Below the pieces are notes generated by a model, which had not been told where the DNA came from, searched no databases, and was given only the letters and a program-made list of their open reading frames with translations. Made by a program: the position numbers and the translations under genes. A DNA stretch of 63,994 bases, the filler included, from Globobulimina sp. (taxonomy: Eukaryota): assembly GCA_003354225.1 (NCBI GenBank). It is 49 parts of 49 records of this genome, joined end to end, with 100 filler letters (N's around TTAATTAATTAA, not from the genome) between each part and the next. Parts side by side here need not be neighbours in the genome. Positions count along the whole stretch, not along the records: positions 10,473 to 11,681 come from PIVH01020943.1; positions 11,782 to 12,990 come from PIVH01020944.1; positions 13,091 to 14,299 come from PIVH01020945.1; positions 14,400 to 15,608 come from PIVH01020946.1; positions 15,709 to 16,917 come from PIVH01020947.1; positions 17,018 to 18,225 come from PIVH01020948.1; positions 18,326 to 19,533 come from PIVH01020949.1; positions 19,634 to 20,841 come from PIVH01020950.1; 41 more parts are not named here. One strand, given 5' to 3'. Below, piece after piece: positions 10,611 through 21,448 of this stretch (within the stretch, counting starts at the first letter, position 1; every line of letters starts with the position of its first letter).

Positions 10611-11681
10611 CGCATCGAGCGTCCATTTTATTTTATGTTTGTACGAACCCATAAAAAAATCATCATCGGTTTCGTCATAATCATAGATTTTGAAATTGAT
10701 CTCCAACCGATTCGAGGTGGAACCAACCACACCTTTGGCCTGACCGCCATGTCCGTGTCTTTTATGCGCCGCATATCCACCATGTCCACCATGCGAAGCG
10801 CGGCGATGCAATCTGCCATCCGCGCCGTGCTGGTTCTTGCTCCTTTTGCGCGACATACCGCCCATTCCGCCAACAGCCCCGATATCGCCTAAACCGCCGC
10901 TTAACTCTGGAATGTCTTCGGGAGGCAATATAAATAATAATGGCTGCCGCCAAACCGGATTCAAATCTTTATTGATATGTTCCGTTCGTTTTACTTTATC
11001 CGCCACAGACACCGAGCAATACGGATCCGATGTTCCTAAATAGCCAAAAGGTTAAAGGGCAAATAGCCCCATTTGCTTTAAAAACTGTGCCAGTGCCAAA
11101 CTGTTTTAATAGATTTACAAACCTGGGGCGTCCGGGCTTTCTTCATCGAAATCATGCGCTGGCAAATCGTGCCCAGAAATCAACTCCACCACAATCGGAA
11201 TGCCTTTCTCCTCCGCCATCATCAAGGCGTCTTCGTGCCGGTTTGTAGTGACCAGCGTAGTCGTATAATATTCCCACGTCACATCATCGCACACTTTCGC
11301 CGCAATCATAAATGTCAATAACTTGGCGTCCCGCGATTTCAACGCATACATCACCGGCGAATCATAGTCGATCACTGGCAAGCGACTCGTCGATCGATTG
11401 ATTCTCCACAACAAATCTGTCAAATAAACCTCGTGTTTTTGTGTATCTGCTAACATGGTAAATATCTCTGCCACATCTTTCACAGAAACGACGCCGTCAT
11501 CATCTTGTCTCAAAGCTGTGCATAATTCTACAAACTCTACAAAATCAAAGGTTCGCGAGTTATCGGTATCGAATTTAGTGAATAAGCCCTCAATTTCGTT
11601 TCGGCTGCGGCTAAATACCACGTTTACTATGTATTTTTGTCGTAAATTGCACTAAAAAAACTGTAAAATCCTATGATTTAT
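10611..11681 (-). CDS. EF-hand + C2 domain protein (partial; intron 11036-11122)
   Basis: EF-hand FDTDNSRTFDFVEF; C2 motifs ISGHDLPAHD...G|TSDPYCSVSV...KRTEHINKDLNPVW...IYDYDETDDDFFMG. Confidence 0.85.
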
Positions 11682-11781
11682 NNNNNNNNNNNNNNNNNNN
11701 NNNNNNNNNNNNNNNNNNNNNNNNNTTAATTAATTAANNNNNNNNNNNNNNNNNNNNNNNNNNNNNNNNNNNNNNNNNNNN

Positions 11782-12724
11782 GGTGAGAAAAAACGGATTG
11801 GATTATGATATGAAATGGGTAGTACATGGTGTGAAAACATCATTAGAAGCACGCGTGCAGCATGAATCATTTGTATTATTCTATGTTTTATTCGCAGCAG
11901 GTCAAGGTAATCATACACATGAGAGGTATGAAGAAGCATTGGATATTATTGTTGAAGGAGGCAAAAAATATAACATTGATCTTACCAAAAAAGAGCACCG
12001 GGCGATGGCTGACTATGAACAGGCGGAGAGGACTGGAATCGTGAATGGACTTAATATTATTGGCGATAAGTGTGAGGGTTGTGGATATCATTTTGTTCGC
12101 TGTATTCAGAAGGCAATTAAAGGCTGGGGGTTATGGGATATTTACATCAAACATCTACCATTTAGGAATTTGTGTCGAAGATTAATGGCTTTAAGGGATG
12201 TTCCTCCATTTAGCGTGCAACATGCATATAAATTAATTTTTAAACATATTCCTGACTATACACCAAAGGATAAAGTCCAGATAATGAGAGCAATGATGAA
12301 AACATATGTATTTCCAACATGGATAAATGGATTATATAACATCTTAGAATGGAATGGATTTAAGAAATTAATCAAACATAATAATTTCGCAGAAACAATG
12401 AATAAACAATTATTGGATAAAATCGGAGTACACCCACCTTTTTGGGAATGGTTTTGGAAATTAAAGACATTTTCTGCATTACAGATGTTGAAATGGACTC
12501 AATTTAAGAAATTTGGTCACCAACGGATGAAATCAGTGAAAGAGCATACCAAAATTGCAGGACTACATAAAATGTGGGACTGGATTGGAAAACGAGAATA
12601 TAAAATGTTGGATAAAGATTTATGGACATATTTGGAAGGAGTTACATATTGCTACAACGGAGAATGGATCAAGTTTGATAAAGTGTTTGGACCGCTTACA
12701 AAAGAAGATATTGACTTTAAATGA
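11782..12724 (+). mobile_element. MULE (Mutator-like) DDE transposase, 5' partial
   Basis: MADYEQAE (second Asp), GCGYHFVRCI (CxxH signature), HNNFAETMN (catalytic Glu). Confidence 0.85.
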
Positions 12725-12825
12725 TTGACTTGTTATAGTGCTTTGATTGTTGAAAAACTTATTCTATATTCTATATTAACTTTAAATGTTTGATGAAAAA
12801 AAAGCAGCAACAATGTCAAAAAAGC

Positions 12826-12980
12826 ATCAAGAAAGCCAAGAATGTCAAGAAAGTCAAGAATTTCAATATATTATAACAAGAATATCAAGAAAGTCAAGAA
12901 TACATCAAGAATATCAAGAAAGTCAAGAATATCAAGAAAGATAATAAAAATGTCAAGAATATCAAGAATATCAAGAATGT
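12826..12980 (+). repeat. Degenerate 9-bp tandem repeat (TCAAGAATA/TCAAGAAAG)
   Basis: More than ten TCAAGAA cores at a 9-nt period downstream of the MULE ORF. Confidence 0.85.
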
Positions 12981-13090
12981 TGGAAGAATANNNNNNNNNN
13001 NNNNNNNNNNNNNNNNNNNNNNNNNNNNNNNNNNTTAATTAATTAANNNNNNNNNNNNNNNNNNNNNNNNNNNNNNNNNNNNNNNNNNNN

Positions 13091-13258
13091 CCTACGGGTT
13101 ATTTGGTAGCGTTAGTTGATGCGGGTGATGCCCCCCCTGCAAGTAGTTTTGAGGGTGGTATAAAATTTCATGAAAGTTTTTCACCTGCGAATAATGTTTT
13201 AAGTGACTATTATGTTATGCCTTTAAATCGAGATGGTAAAGTGGCGGTATTATTATGA
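13091..13258 (+). CDS. Phage-like hypothetical protein C-terminus (PTGYLVALVDAGDAPP...GKVAVLL)
   Basis: Open from the contig start; its TGA overlaps the next ATG (ATGA). Confidence 0.6.
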   Translation, partial: PTGYLVALVDAGDAPPASSFEGGIKFHESFSPANNVLSDYYVMPLNRDGKVAVLL

Positions 13259-13449
13259 TAATAAAAAAAAGTGGCAACAAAAAAGTTGGGAATAACAGCA
13301 GTGCCAGTATAAATCCGATAGCGTCTGTTGATGCTCCAGCGGCTGCTAATTCGGCAGGTAACGCGGGGGCAGTGGCATATGACAGTAGTTATATATATGT
13401 TTGTATTGCAACAGATACATGGAAAAGAGCAGCTATATCTACCTGGTAG
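13255..13449 (+). CDS. Small phage protein with a tail-fibre-type terminal motif
   Basis: APAAANSAGNAGAVAYDSSYIYVCIATDTWKRAAISTW is a motif I recognise from the C-termini of phage tail/structural proteins. Confidence 0.65.
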   Translation: MIIKKSGNKKVGNNSSASINPIASVDAPAAANSAGNAGAVAYDSSYIYVCIATDTWKRAAISTW

Positions 13450-13486
13450 GTAGAATTATTATTACGTGAAAGAGTGGAAGGATGAA

Positions 13487-13780
13487 ATGCCTGAAAAAAT
13501 TACAAAAATTACTACTGTTTCAATCGATATTGTTTATATCATTGGGGGTGTGTTTGCTGTTTTTACTCTTATTGGTTCAATAGTTTCTGGTTATGCATTT
13601 TTTATTGTAAAAAATTTATATAAAAAAATTGAAGACTTTAAAGATAATCTTAAATATGAGAATTCTGTTCATAAAGAACTTTTTAATAAAGTTAATGATA
13701 CTGCAATAAAAGTAGCAAAAATAGAAACGGATTTAGAAAATTTGCGACATGACCACGATAAAAATCATGGAGGAAAATAA
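13487..13780 (+). CDS. Putative holin (one TM segment + coiled coil)
   Basis: GGAAGGA Shine-Dalgarno-like site before ATG 13487; hydrophobic N-terminus; lies directly upstream of the peptidase. Confidence 0.55.
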   Translation: MPEKITKITTVSIDIVYIIGGVFAVFTLIGSIVSGYAFFIVKNLYKKIEDFKDNLKYENSVHKELFNKVNDTAIKVAKIETDLENLRHDHDKNHGGK

Positions 13781-13783
13781 AAA

Positions 13784-14299
13784 ATGATTAAATGTAAAGT
13801 TGTTTATAATTCTCAGAGAAACAATATAAATTTCAATGGTAAATTCAGTGGCTGGAGGCAATGTTTTACGAGTTGTGCCTGGATGTTGATGTCATATTAT
13901 TCTAAAGCAATAAAAGCAGGAGACGATGAAGCATTGTCAGTTTATTTTGATGATGTAGAGGATTCAGTTGGAAATCCGGGAATAGGCGAAAGAATAAAGC
14001 GCAAATTTAAATGGATTCGCGGTAAAACATCATATTGGTGGAAGGTCCAGCAGGAAGGTATAGAGAAATGGTTATGGAGAAACGGGGTTGAAGGCGATGC
14101 AATTTTTAAACAAAACGTGAGTTTTGAAGAATTGTATAGATTAGCTGAAGATAGACCAGTTATTGTAGGTACTAAAAAAATGGGTGGCTTGAAAGGCGGT
14201 CATATAATTTTGTGTGTGGGTAAGGATATTTATCACGATCCGTTTGGAGATGCGAAGACTTATTATAAGTCTCATATAGGCGCGAATGTTACGTACAAG
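13784..14299 (+). CDS. C39-like papain-fold peptidase, putative endolysin (3' partial)
   Basis: GGAGG RBS; catalytic pattern RQCFTSCAWM...GGHIILCVG...YHDPFG. Confidence 0.75.
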
Positions 14300-14579
14300 N
14301 NNNNNNNNNNNNNNNNNNNNNNNNNNNNNNNNNNNNNNNNNNNTTAATTAATTAANNNNNNNNNNNNNNNNNNNNNNNNNNNNNNNNNNNNNNNNNNNNT
14401 AGTGCATAAACTGGTTGCGGACAAACAACCCAAACTACTCTAGATAGCCGTGGCGACTGTACTGGAATTTTACGTAGTTTAGATCATGGCAGCTGCGCTT
14501 TTCACACGCACATACGCATCGTTACACGAGCATGCAAATCCAGTAAAATTATGAAACACGTTACAAGAATTAAATTATT

Positions 14580-15596
14580 ATGTTCCTGATATTACTGAAG
14601 CTAATCTTTATCATTGGTGTGATCCATGCAAAAATACTAGATTCTGATCCTCGTTTGGCACCATTACTATATACATTAGAAAGTATTGACATTTTTAAAA
14701 ATGTTTGGAAAAAAAAGTTATTTGAAGATATCACACATCAGCAATTCACCGGATACAACATTAGTGAAATTGCGTTTTTTTCCATTGGACCTGAGATCAA
14801 ATCTGAACTTCGCAACTATTCCTTTGCTGTGTGGAAAAAGGCATTTTGGCGGACTTCTTCACAAAGAAAACGACATTTGATGTTGCACCAATGTATAAAT
14901 GTATTTTTACAAAATACAGCCTCAACAAATTACTTTTCGACTCTCAAGTATCTTCTTAGAAATCATGGCGTATCAAATAACAACAACAAACCTGCAATAG
15001 AGTCATTATCAGTGCCTATCAATAACTTTTTGTTTGATATGACGAACCATGTACTCTCCGATAGTGAAGCCAAGGCATTTGCAATTGGAACATACTCCGC
15101 TGCTCAGCTCTTATTTCAATGCAACATATTGCTACCACACGACATGCTTTTTGATATCGAGCAGTTGTCCCAACACAACGAAACTTTTTTACATATCGCT
15201 GCTTCGGTGGCAGACATTAGATATGAAACAATGATGCATTGGTTTGGACAGACATTAATTCACTTAAATGACACGCAATGGCTTCCATTGTTGGGTGTTT
15301 ATGATCTGATTCTGAAGGGAGAGGGAGATAACGTTAACAGCAATTTTCCGCATTTTATGAATGAAATGATGAGAATACGAAATGTCAACGCACTCCGTAT
15401 TCATTATTCCAGTGGAGAGCTAATCATTGTTTGCAGTCAAGGCTTATTTGCATTTCTATCAACAATTATTTTAATAGCGATGCAATATTTGCATTTATTG
15501 TCGTCATTAAAATTAAAGTTGGTAGTACCAATTGCAAATATTTTATCATTCGCTCAATTATTCAATCGGCATTTTGCATGCATTGGATTTGGTTGA
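14580..15596 (+). CDS. Secreted or membrane hypothetical protein
   Basis: Signal-peptide-like MFLILLKLIFIIGVIHA; 338-aa ORF with a hydrophobic C-terminus. Confidence 0.6.
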   Translation: MFLILLKLIFIIGVIHAKILDSDPRLAPLLYTLESIDIFKNVWKKKLFEDITHQQFTGYNISEIAFFSIGPEIKSELRNYSFAVWKKAFWRTSSQRKRHLMLHQCINVFLQNTASTNYFSTLKYLLRNHGVSNNNNKPAIESLSVPINNFLFDMTNHVLSDSEAKAFAIGTYSAAQLLFQCNILLPHDMLFDIEQLSQHNETFLHIAASVADIRYETMMHWFGQTLIHLNDTQWLPLLGVYDLILKGEGDNVNSNFPHFMNEMMRIRNVNALRIHYSSGELIIVCSQGLFAFLSTIILIAMQYLHLLSSLKLKLVVPIANILSFAQLFNRHFACIGFG

Positions 15597-15708
15597 AGAT
15601 GCTATCTTNNNNNNNNNNNNNNNNNNNNNNNNNNNNNNNNNNNNNNNNNNNNTTAATTAATTAANNNNNNNNNNNNNNNNNNNNNNNNNNNNNNNNNNNN
15701 NNNNNNNN

Positions 15709-16592
15709 GCTTTCACGCACTTTGGTGAAGTATTAAAGCATATTCTTGATATTTCGCCGAATTTGCCAAACCATTTATTGCTTTTTAATAACTTTGCATT
15801 ACATAAACTGACTGGTAACCCAACCACATAAACGATATTTTCCTGTCGGATACGAATTTTTTGCAATTCCTGCATGGATAAAAACTTGTGTTTATGATCC
15901 GTACTGTCGTTGGTCGCGGTCACTGAGGAGGAGCTGGTTGGGGACGACGTACCGCATAGTTTTTGAATATAATGAGTCAAAATATTGCGATCAGTGTCGT
16001 TTTTAATGCCTAAATAATACAAATCATCGTCGTGTAAGGAAGAGAGGCAATTACCTGAAATGCGTTGTTCTTTTAAGGAATTAAACAAAATGGAATCGTA
16101 TTTATTTAATCGTTCATCATTGATGGTGTTGAGAATCCAGTCGTGGACATCCAACCATTTCCAGGATTTATATTTTAATTTGCAATTGTTTTCAGATTTG
16201 GTTTTTAAATCTGTATATTTGTTAAGAAGTGATTGTTTTTCTCGTTTTAAAGTGGCAATTTCAATGCTTTTGTCTTGATCATATTGATTGGCGCAATGCA
16301 AGAATTCATTGAACTTGGCAGTAAATGAGGACTGTCTAAGATTGAATTGTTGCTGTAAATATGCGATGCGTGATTCTTGGAACTCGCATTTTCTGTGCCA
16401 TTGTTTGATTTGGGTTTGCAATGAGGAGACTAAGATGGAATAGCGATGATTCTCTCGTTGTAATTTCTGATTTTGGTCCACAAACGAATGGTATGATTTG
16501 GCCATTTCATCTTCTACCAATTCGTAGTTATCTAAACAATCAATATCATACTTTAAGGATGATATATCAAATGATTCTGGCGAGGATGACAT
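15709..16592 (-). CDS. Coiled-coil + SAM + NOT4-type RRM protein (3' partial)
   Basis: SAM: WKWLDVHDWI...EQRISGNCLSSLHDDDLYYLGIKN. RRM: IRIRQENIVYVVGLP...KWFGKFGEISRI, resembling the CNOT4 RRM. Confidence 0.75.
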
Positions 16593-17017
16593 ATTACAAA
16601 ATAGATCGATGGATTTTCTTATCGAAGCAAAGCAAGGATTAAAAGTTAGTGGTACTTTAGTTATGATTTGTATACTACAGGTCACAAAAATGCGATAAAT
16701 CATAAATGATAAAGGGAACAAGCTTTAATAATTATAACTATCTACGCATACGAAATATTCACACAGAAAACATTTATATACAACAACTTATATTGTTTAT
16801 GTATTTCAATTTTGCCACAATGTTACCTCGTCATCTCCAATAATAATATTATCATTTTTCTCATTCATATTATAAACAACGTTTTGATTTACAATTACAT
16901 CCTCTTTATTTATATTANNNNNNNNNNNNNNNNNNNNNNNNNNNNNNNNNNNNNNNNNNNNTTAATTAATTAANNNNNNNNNNNNNNNNNNNNNNNNNNN
17001 NNNNNNNNNNNNNNNNN

Positions 17018-17238
17018 AAATACTTGGCATCAAAGTCTTTACAGTGCGATTTTAAATGAATTATTTGTGTTTTGAAACTTTGTAATATTTTATCACGGAT
17101 AATGGATTGTGATGAGAACAACCAATATTTAAATTGTGTGGAGTCCAGGTAGCCTAAGCGTTGTTTTTCGAGCCGGTCTTTTGTGGCTTCTTGTTTTTTT
17201 GCTTCTGTTGAGGGCTTGGCCTTGGAGTCAGACGACAT
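17018..17238 (-). CDS. Cyclin H-like N-terminus (partial)
   Basis: YLDSTQFKYWLFSS resembles the cyclin H N-terminal Y..SSQ...W.F motif. Confidence 0.5.
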
Positions 17239-17297
17239 GGTCTTAGTAATAGTATGACAGTTTTGTTAATACAGCAAAAATTAAAAAACCTTTCGCA

Positions 17298-17823
17298 ATG
17301 GCAAATAAAATAAAGATTCCGCCAGCTTTTATGAAGGCGTTTATGGAAAATAAAGAAGTCATGAAAGCTATTGAACAGACCATACAGGAACAAATAAAAT
17401 CTAATTTGCAAATAACAGAAACCAGGTATATGAATTACCATTATTATATTGGCACAATTGTTGAATGGAACATTGATAATATTTAGTTACATTTGTATGT
17501 ACGGAAAAGGAGAGACAAATATATTTGGAGAAGAAATAACATTTTGTGTGAAATTTGATAAATTCGGATCATGGAAATGGAAATGTAGAGCTATTCATAC
17601 ATCCTCAGAGACGTCCATTGCGGTCGAACAATGTGCATCGCAGAAAATTGCGGTTGAATCTGCATTCAAAACATTAATGCAGAAATTAACCAAAGCTGGG
17701 AAATTAAAATCAACCCAATTTCAAAAAGGAATGATGTCTGGATTGAAAAAAAAAGGTTGGACAATGGCGAAGATTATGACAACTGTACAACAACAAATGA
17801 AAAAAAAGAAAAGTAAATTATGA
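17298..17823 (+). CDS. Hypothetical protein, two exons (intron 17426-17486)
   Basis: A 61-nt GTATAT...TTTAG intron joins the two ORFs in frame. Confidence 0.7.
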
Positions 17824-17897
17824 GAAACGCAAGTACCAGAAACGCGTTGCTCTCTCATTGAAACCAACTATAAACAAACACAAAAATACAAGTCAAA

Positions 17898-18225
17898 TCA
17901 AACAGATCCATTCATTCCGTTATTATTTTGAGTCGAATTATTTTTACTTTGCAGTGATTGCGTGCTTTGAACATCTTCCATGCCACTTAAGTCAGTGTGC
18001 CTCTTTAAATGCGTCATCACTTTCAAATCACTTTGATCATCATCCTTTATCGATGGACATAATTTAAAACATAAGCACGGGAAATAAAACATATTCACCA
18101 ATATATCCCAATATTTCTGCGAAACGGATTTAAATAACAGCCACATACATATTGTATCGAGAAGAATTGAATAACTTACAGCAAACGCAATGTTCACAGA
18201 AAAAACACCAACAACTAGATAAACC
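17898..18225 (-). CDS. C-terminus of a multi-pass, possibly GPCR-like, membrane protein
   Basis: Last TM segment (YSILLDTICMWLLF) followed by a Cys cluster and a polar tail. Confidence 0.45.
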
Positions 18226-18472
18226 NNNNNNNNNNNNNNNNNNNNNNNNNNNNNNNNNNNNNNNNNNNNTTAATTAATTAANNNNNNNNNNNNNNNNNNN
18301 NNNNNNNNNNNNNNNNNNNNNNNNNAAAAAAAAAAAACACAAAGCAAAAAAAAACACAAATAAAAAAAGAATGATTTGGAAACAATATAGCACCATTTTA
18401 GATATAATATAATGTCACGAAAGATAGCAAAATAAAAATAATTAAAAAATAAAAAAAACAAATAAATATATA

Positions 18473-19533
18473 TTATAATAATTTATCAGCAACGCAACAA
18501 AAATATTGCTTTGTATTTTTAAAGCGAATGAAAGCAGATTCTAAATTATTAAAAATATCAGGCAGACAAATATCAAATACAGATAATAATTTTTCATTAA
18601 ATTCCTTCTCATTTTCTATTTTTGTATACATTGCATTCAATGCAGATAAATGTATGTTTAATCCCAATCTCTCCCGCAATTTCTGTTTGCTTTTGATTTC
18701 CTTTTCTTTTTCCATTGCAACTTTCATTTTTGGCAATATATTTGTATCAAACTCGTGTGCTTCTTGCTGCACAAAATCAAACTTTGTAGCTGTTGAATGT
18801 GTCGATGATATGGAGGAGGACGCAGATAATTGTCCGACAAAATTCGAATGTAGTTTTAATTGTTTTTTTTCAATTTCATCCAATTCAATCCCGATATTAA
18901 AGGATTGCAATTTATATTCATACAAACACCACAATCTGGACTCAATTTGACTCAATGATATCTCTGAAATATTTAGCAAATCAAAGGCCGATCGACACAA
19001 ATATTTATTAAATATATGTACTGCGCCAAAATATTTATCCTTGTATTTCCTATATGAATCCGAAATTGCTAGTTCCTGCCATGGCAAATTACATAATATC
19101 TGTAAACAGCAATTAATCTCATACTCATTATACTCATTAATAACAATCTCATTGGTATCCGAGATGGATATTTCGTCACTTGTACAAGTTTCATCATCCA
19201 ATGCATTCAATAACATATTCACTTTCATATTGAACAATGTATCTAAATTATATTTGTATTCCTTGTCAGTCACACTCTCATTCTCGTCAATAACATCCAT
19301 AACCTCCTCAGTCTCAGGCATGCGTGGTGTTGCTGGCGTGATTGGGCTGTCTTTATTACAATATTTGTATTGCCACACTTCAATCAGAAACATTAAGTTT
19401 TCAATGCTATATTCTTCCATTAATGTTTGCGTAAAAGCATGGAAGCCTTTATAATGTGATAATATATCTTGTAATTCAAGTTGGAATTTGGCCGATTTTA
19501 ATTTACCAAAAGCGCATTTTTTCTCTAAATTTT
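18473..19533 (-). CDS. RGS domain protein (5' partial); domain split by acidic insertions
   Basis: GFHAFTQTLMEEYSIENLMFLIEVWQYK...HIFNKYL...LLNIS...VFDICLPDIFNNLESAFIRFKNT. Confidence 0.85.
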
Positions 19534-19865
19534 NNNNNNNNNNNNNNNNNNNNNNNNNNNNNNNNNNNNNNNNNNNNTTAATTAATTAANNNNNNNNNNN
19601 NNNNNNNNNNNNNNNNNNNNNNNNNNNNNNNNNCCTTTCAAATCAATAACTGAAATTGTGAAGGCTAAACAATTGTATATAAAAGTCCAATTTCATACAA
19701 ATGCCATGATTTAATCGGCGCCTGTCTCACATTTGAAGAACGCATTGAACTTAACGATAGGTTGCTTGAACATTCGTGGTTTAAATCTGCATGAAATATG
19801 TGCCTTTGTTTTTTTTTTGTGTTGACTGATTGATGAAAAATCGCATACACTCTATACTGTCGTAT

Positions 19866-20757
19866 TAAATGTAACATGCACATAGTTGCATTTGTGTTCA
19901 TAAGAATAAAGTGAAACATGAAAATACAGTAATGCCAAATATGGACGGTAGATAGACTATCCATAACTTGAAATGTTTTCTCACAGAGACATTAAAAACA
20001 AAAAAAGTTTGATAAACATCGTTACAAACACAATCAATCTGATCGATTTCGGGTGAGCACTTGAATGAGCACACCCGATTGACTGTCGGAATAGCGAACA
20101 CTTGCGATGTTTTGGTCGAAATAACTTCGGTCCCATAAATTGAAAATCAAGTTACCTATGTATGACCAAAACATCGCAAGTGTTCACTATTCCGACAATC
20201 AACCTGGTGTGCTCATTCAAGTGCATTTGCTACGTAATAATCATAATTTTTTGCGATTGTATAGAAAAATAGTTCTCACAGTTAGGATTGAACATTGTAT
20301 TATGGAATCATATCGCGCACTCTTTGATGAAACGATGTTACCTACTTAGCTATGTAGCTAAGCAATCAAATATTCATAAAACTCGCTTATATATGTGTTA
20401 TTTTTATAAGGGTAATCGTAAAGAAGCGCTGCTGGCGCATCCTCCTTGTTCTTTTGTTTGTTTTAGGAGGTTAGTAACCTCCTGTAATTGACAATGTCAG
20501 CTGTTTGTTTTAGGTAGAAGGATAGTAACTTATTGTAGTAATTGACAGTGTCAGCTGTTCAATCGGTAACTCATAACCTGCACATCATATCAGTTTTTAA
20601 GTGAAACATGAATACAGTAACCTAAAATCTAACAGGTTGTCCTCGTTTCACTGGATATTTACAGTAACCAAAATTAGGGCTAAATGTAACATACACATAG
20701 TTGCGTTTGTGTTAGGAATAAAGTGAAACACGGAATACAGAAAGCCAAAAATAGACC
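19866..20757 (+). repeat. Diverged direct repeat of about 80 bp (near 19866-19946 and 20681-20757)
   Basis: TAAATGTAACATRCACATAGTTGCRTTTGTGTT...GAATAAAGTGAAACA occurs in both places. Confidence 0.8.
20057..20224. repeat. Long inverted repeat: 61-bp arms (20057-20117 and 20164-20224), 46-nt loop
   Basis: The arms match at 57/61 by manual reverse complement. Confidence 0.9.
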
Positions 20758-20941
20758 ACTGATGCCTTGAAATTGCCTTTTTTTTTTCTTCTGTTATTTA
20801 TCACTTAAAGTAACCTAAAATAGGGCAAGGTTAGCCCATTGNNNNNNNNNNNNNNNNNNNNNNNNNNNNNNNNNNNNNNNNNNNNTTAATTAATTAANNN
20901 NNNNNNNNNNNNNNNNNNNNNNNNNNNNNNNNNNNNNNNNN

Positions 20942-21448
20942 ATAATTCAAAGAATCAGATATGGAAAACGACCTGTTTGTCTACACTTGTTTTTTGTTAG
21001 TACTGAATCCGCTGTTGGATCGTTCACATCAAACAGTTTGTATTTACAAAATTTGGGTATAACTGAATCACAAGCTACATTTGGTTCGCGAAGTGTACCA
21101 GAAACAGGATTGAAAACAAGTTTCAATCCCCAATTCAATAATGGAATATTGGATGTATGTGAGGCTTACAGAACTTTTTTGCGCAGTCTTGGATTGTATG
21201 GAACTGGTCAATCGAGTTTCTTAACTATGGAACATTTCGTCAATGGTTATACTTTCCTTACTTACAAGTTCACTCCTAATTACTATTCAACAAAATATCG
21301 CCAACCTCAAATAGACGCTTTTGGGGATCTGTCAGTGAGCCTTAAAATGGCAAGCCCAATTGGAAAATCCTTTCATATGTACTGCGCGGTCGTGGAAGAT
21401 AGGTCATTGCTTGTACGTCCAAATAGTACTGCAGAACTAAAAATATGA
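20942..21448 (+). CDS. Polinton/adintovirus major capsid protein (double jelly-roll), C-terminal part
   Basis: G.RP...FFVS..SAVGSFTSN...EAYRTF...FVNGYTFLTYKFTP...GDLSVSLKM follows the Maverick/adintovirus MCP pattern; ATGA overlap with the protease gene. Confidence 0.75.
   Translation: MIQRIRYGKRPVCLHLFFVSTESAVGSFTSNSLYLQNLGITESQATFGSRSVPETGLKTSFNPQFNNGILDVCEAYRTFLRSLGLYGTGQSSFLTMEHFVNGYTFLTYKFTPNYYSTKYRQPQIDAFGDLSVSLKMASPIGKSFHMYCAVVEDRSLLVRPNSTAELKI

Noticed and set aside
12842..13042. ORF with SRISRK repeats
   Set aside because: Translation of the 9-bp tandem repeat; no sign that it is coding.
11782..14299. MULE transposase linked to a phage lysis cassette, or any other cross-linker operon
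   Set aside because: The genes lie on different contigs that are adjacent only because of length sorting.
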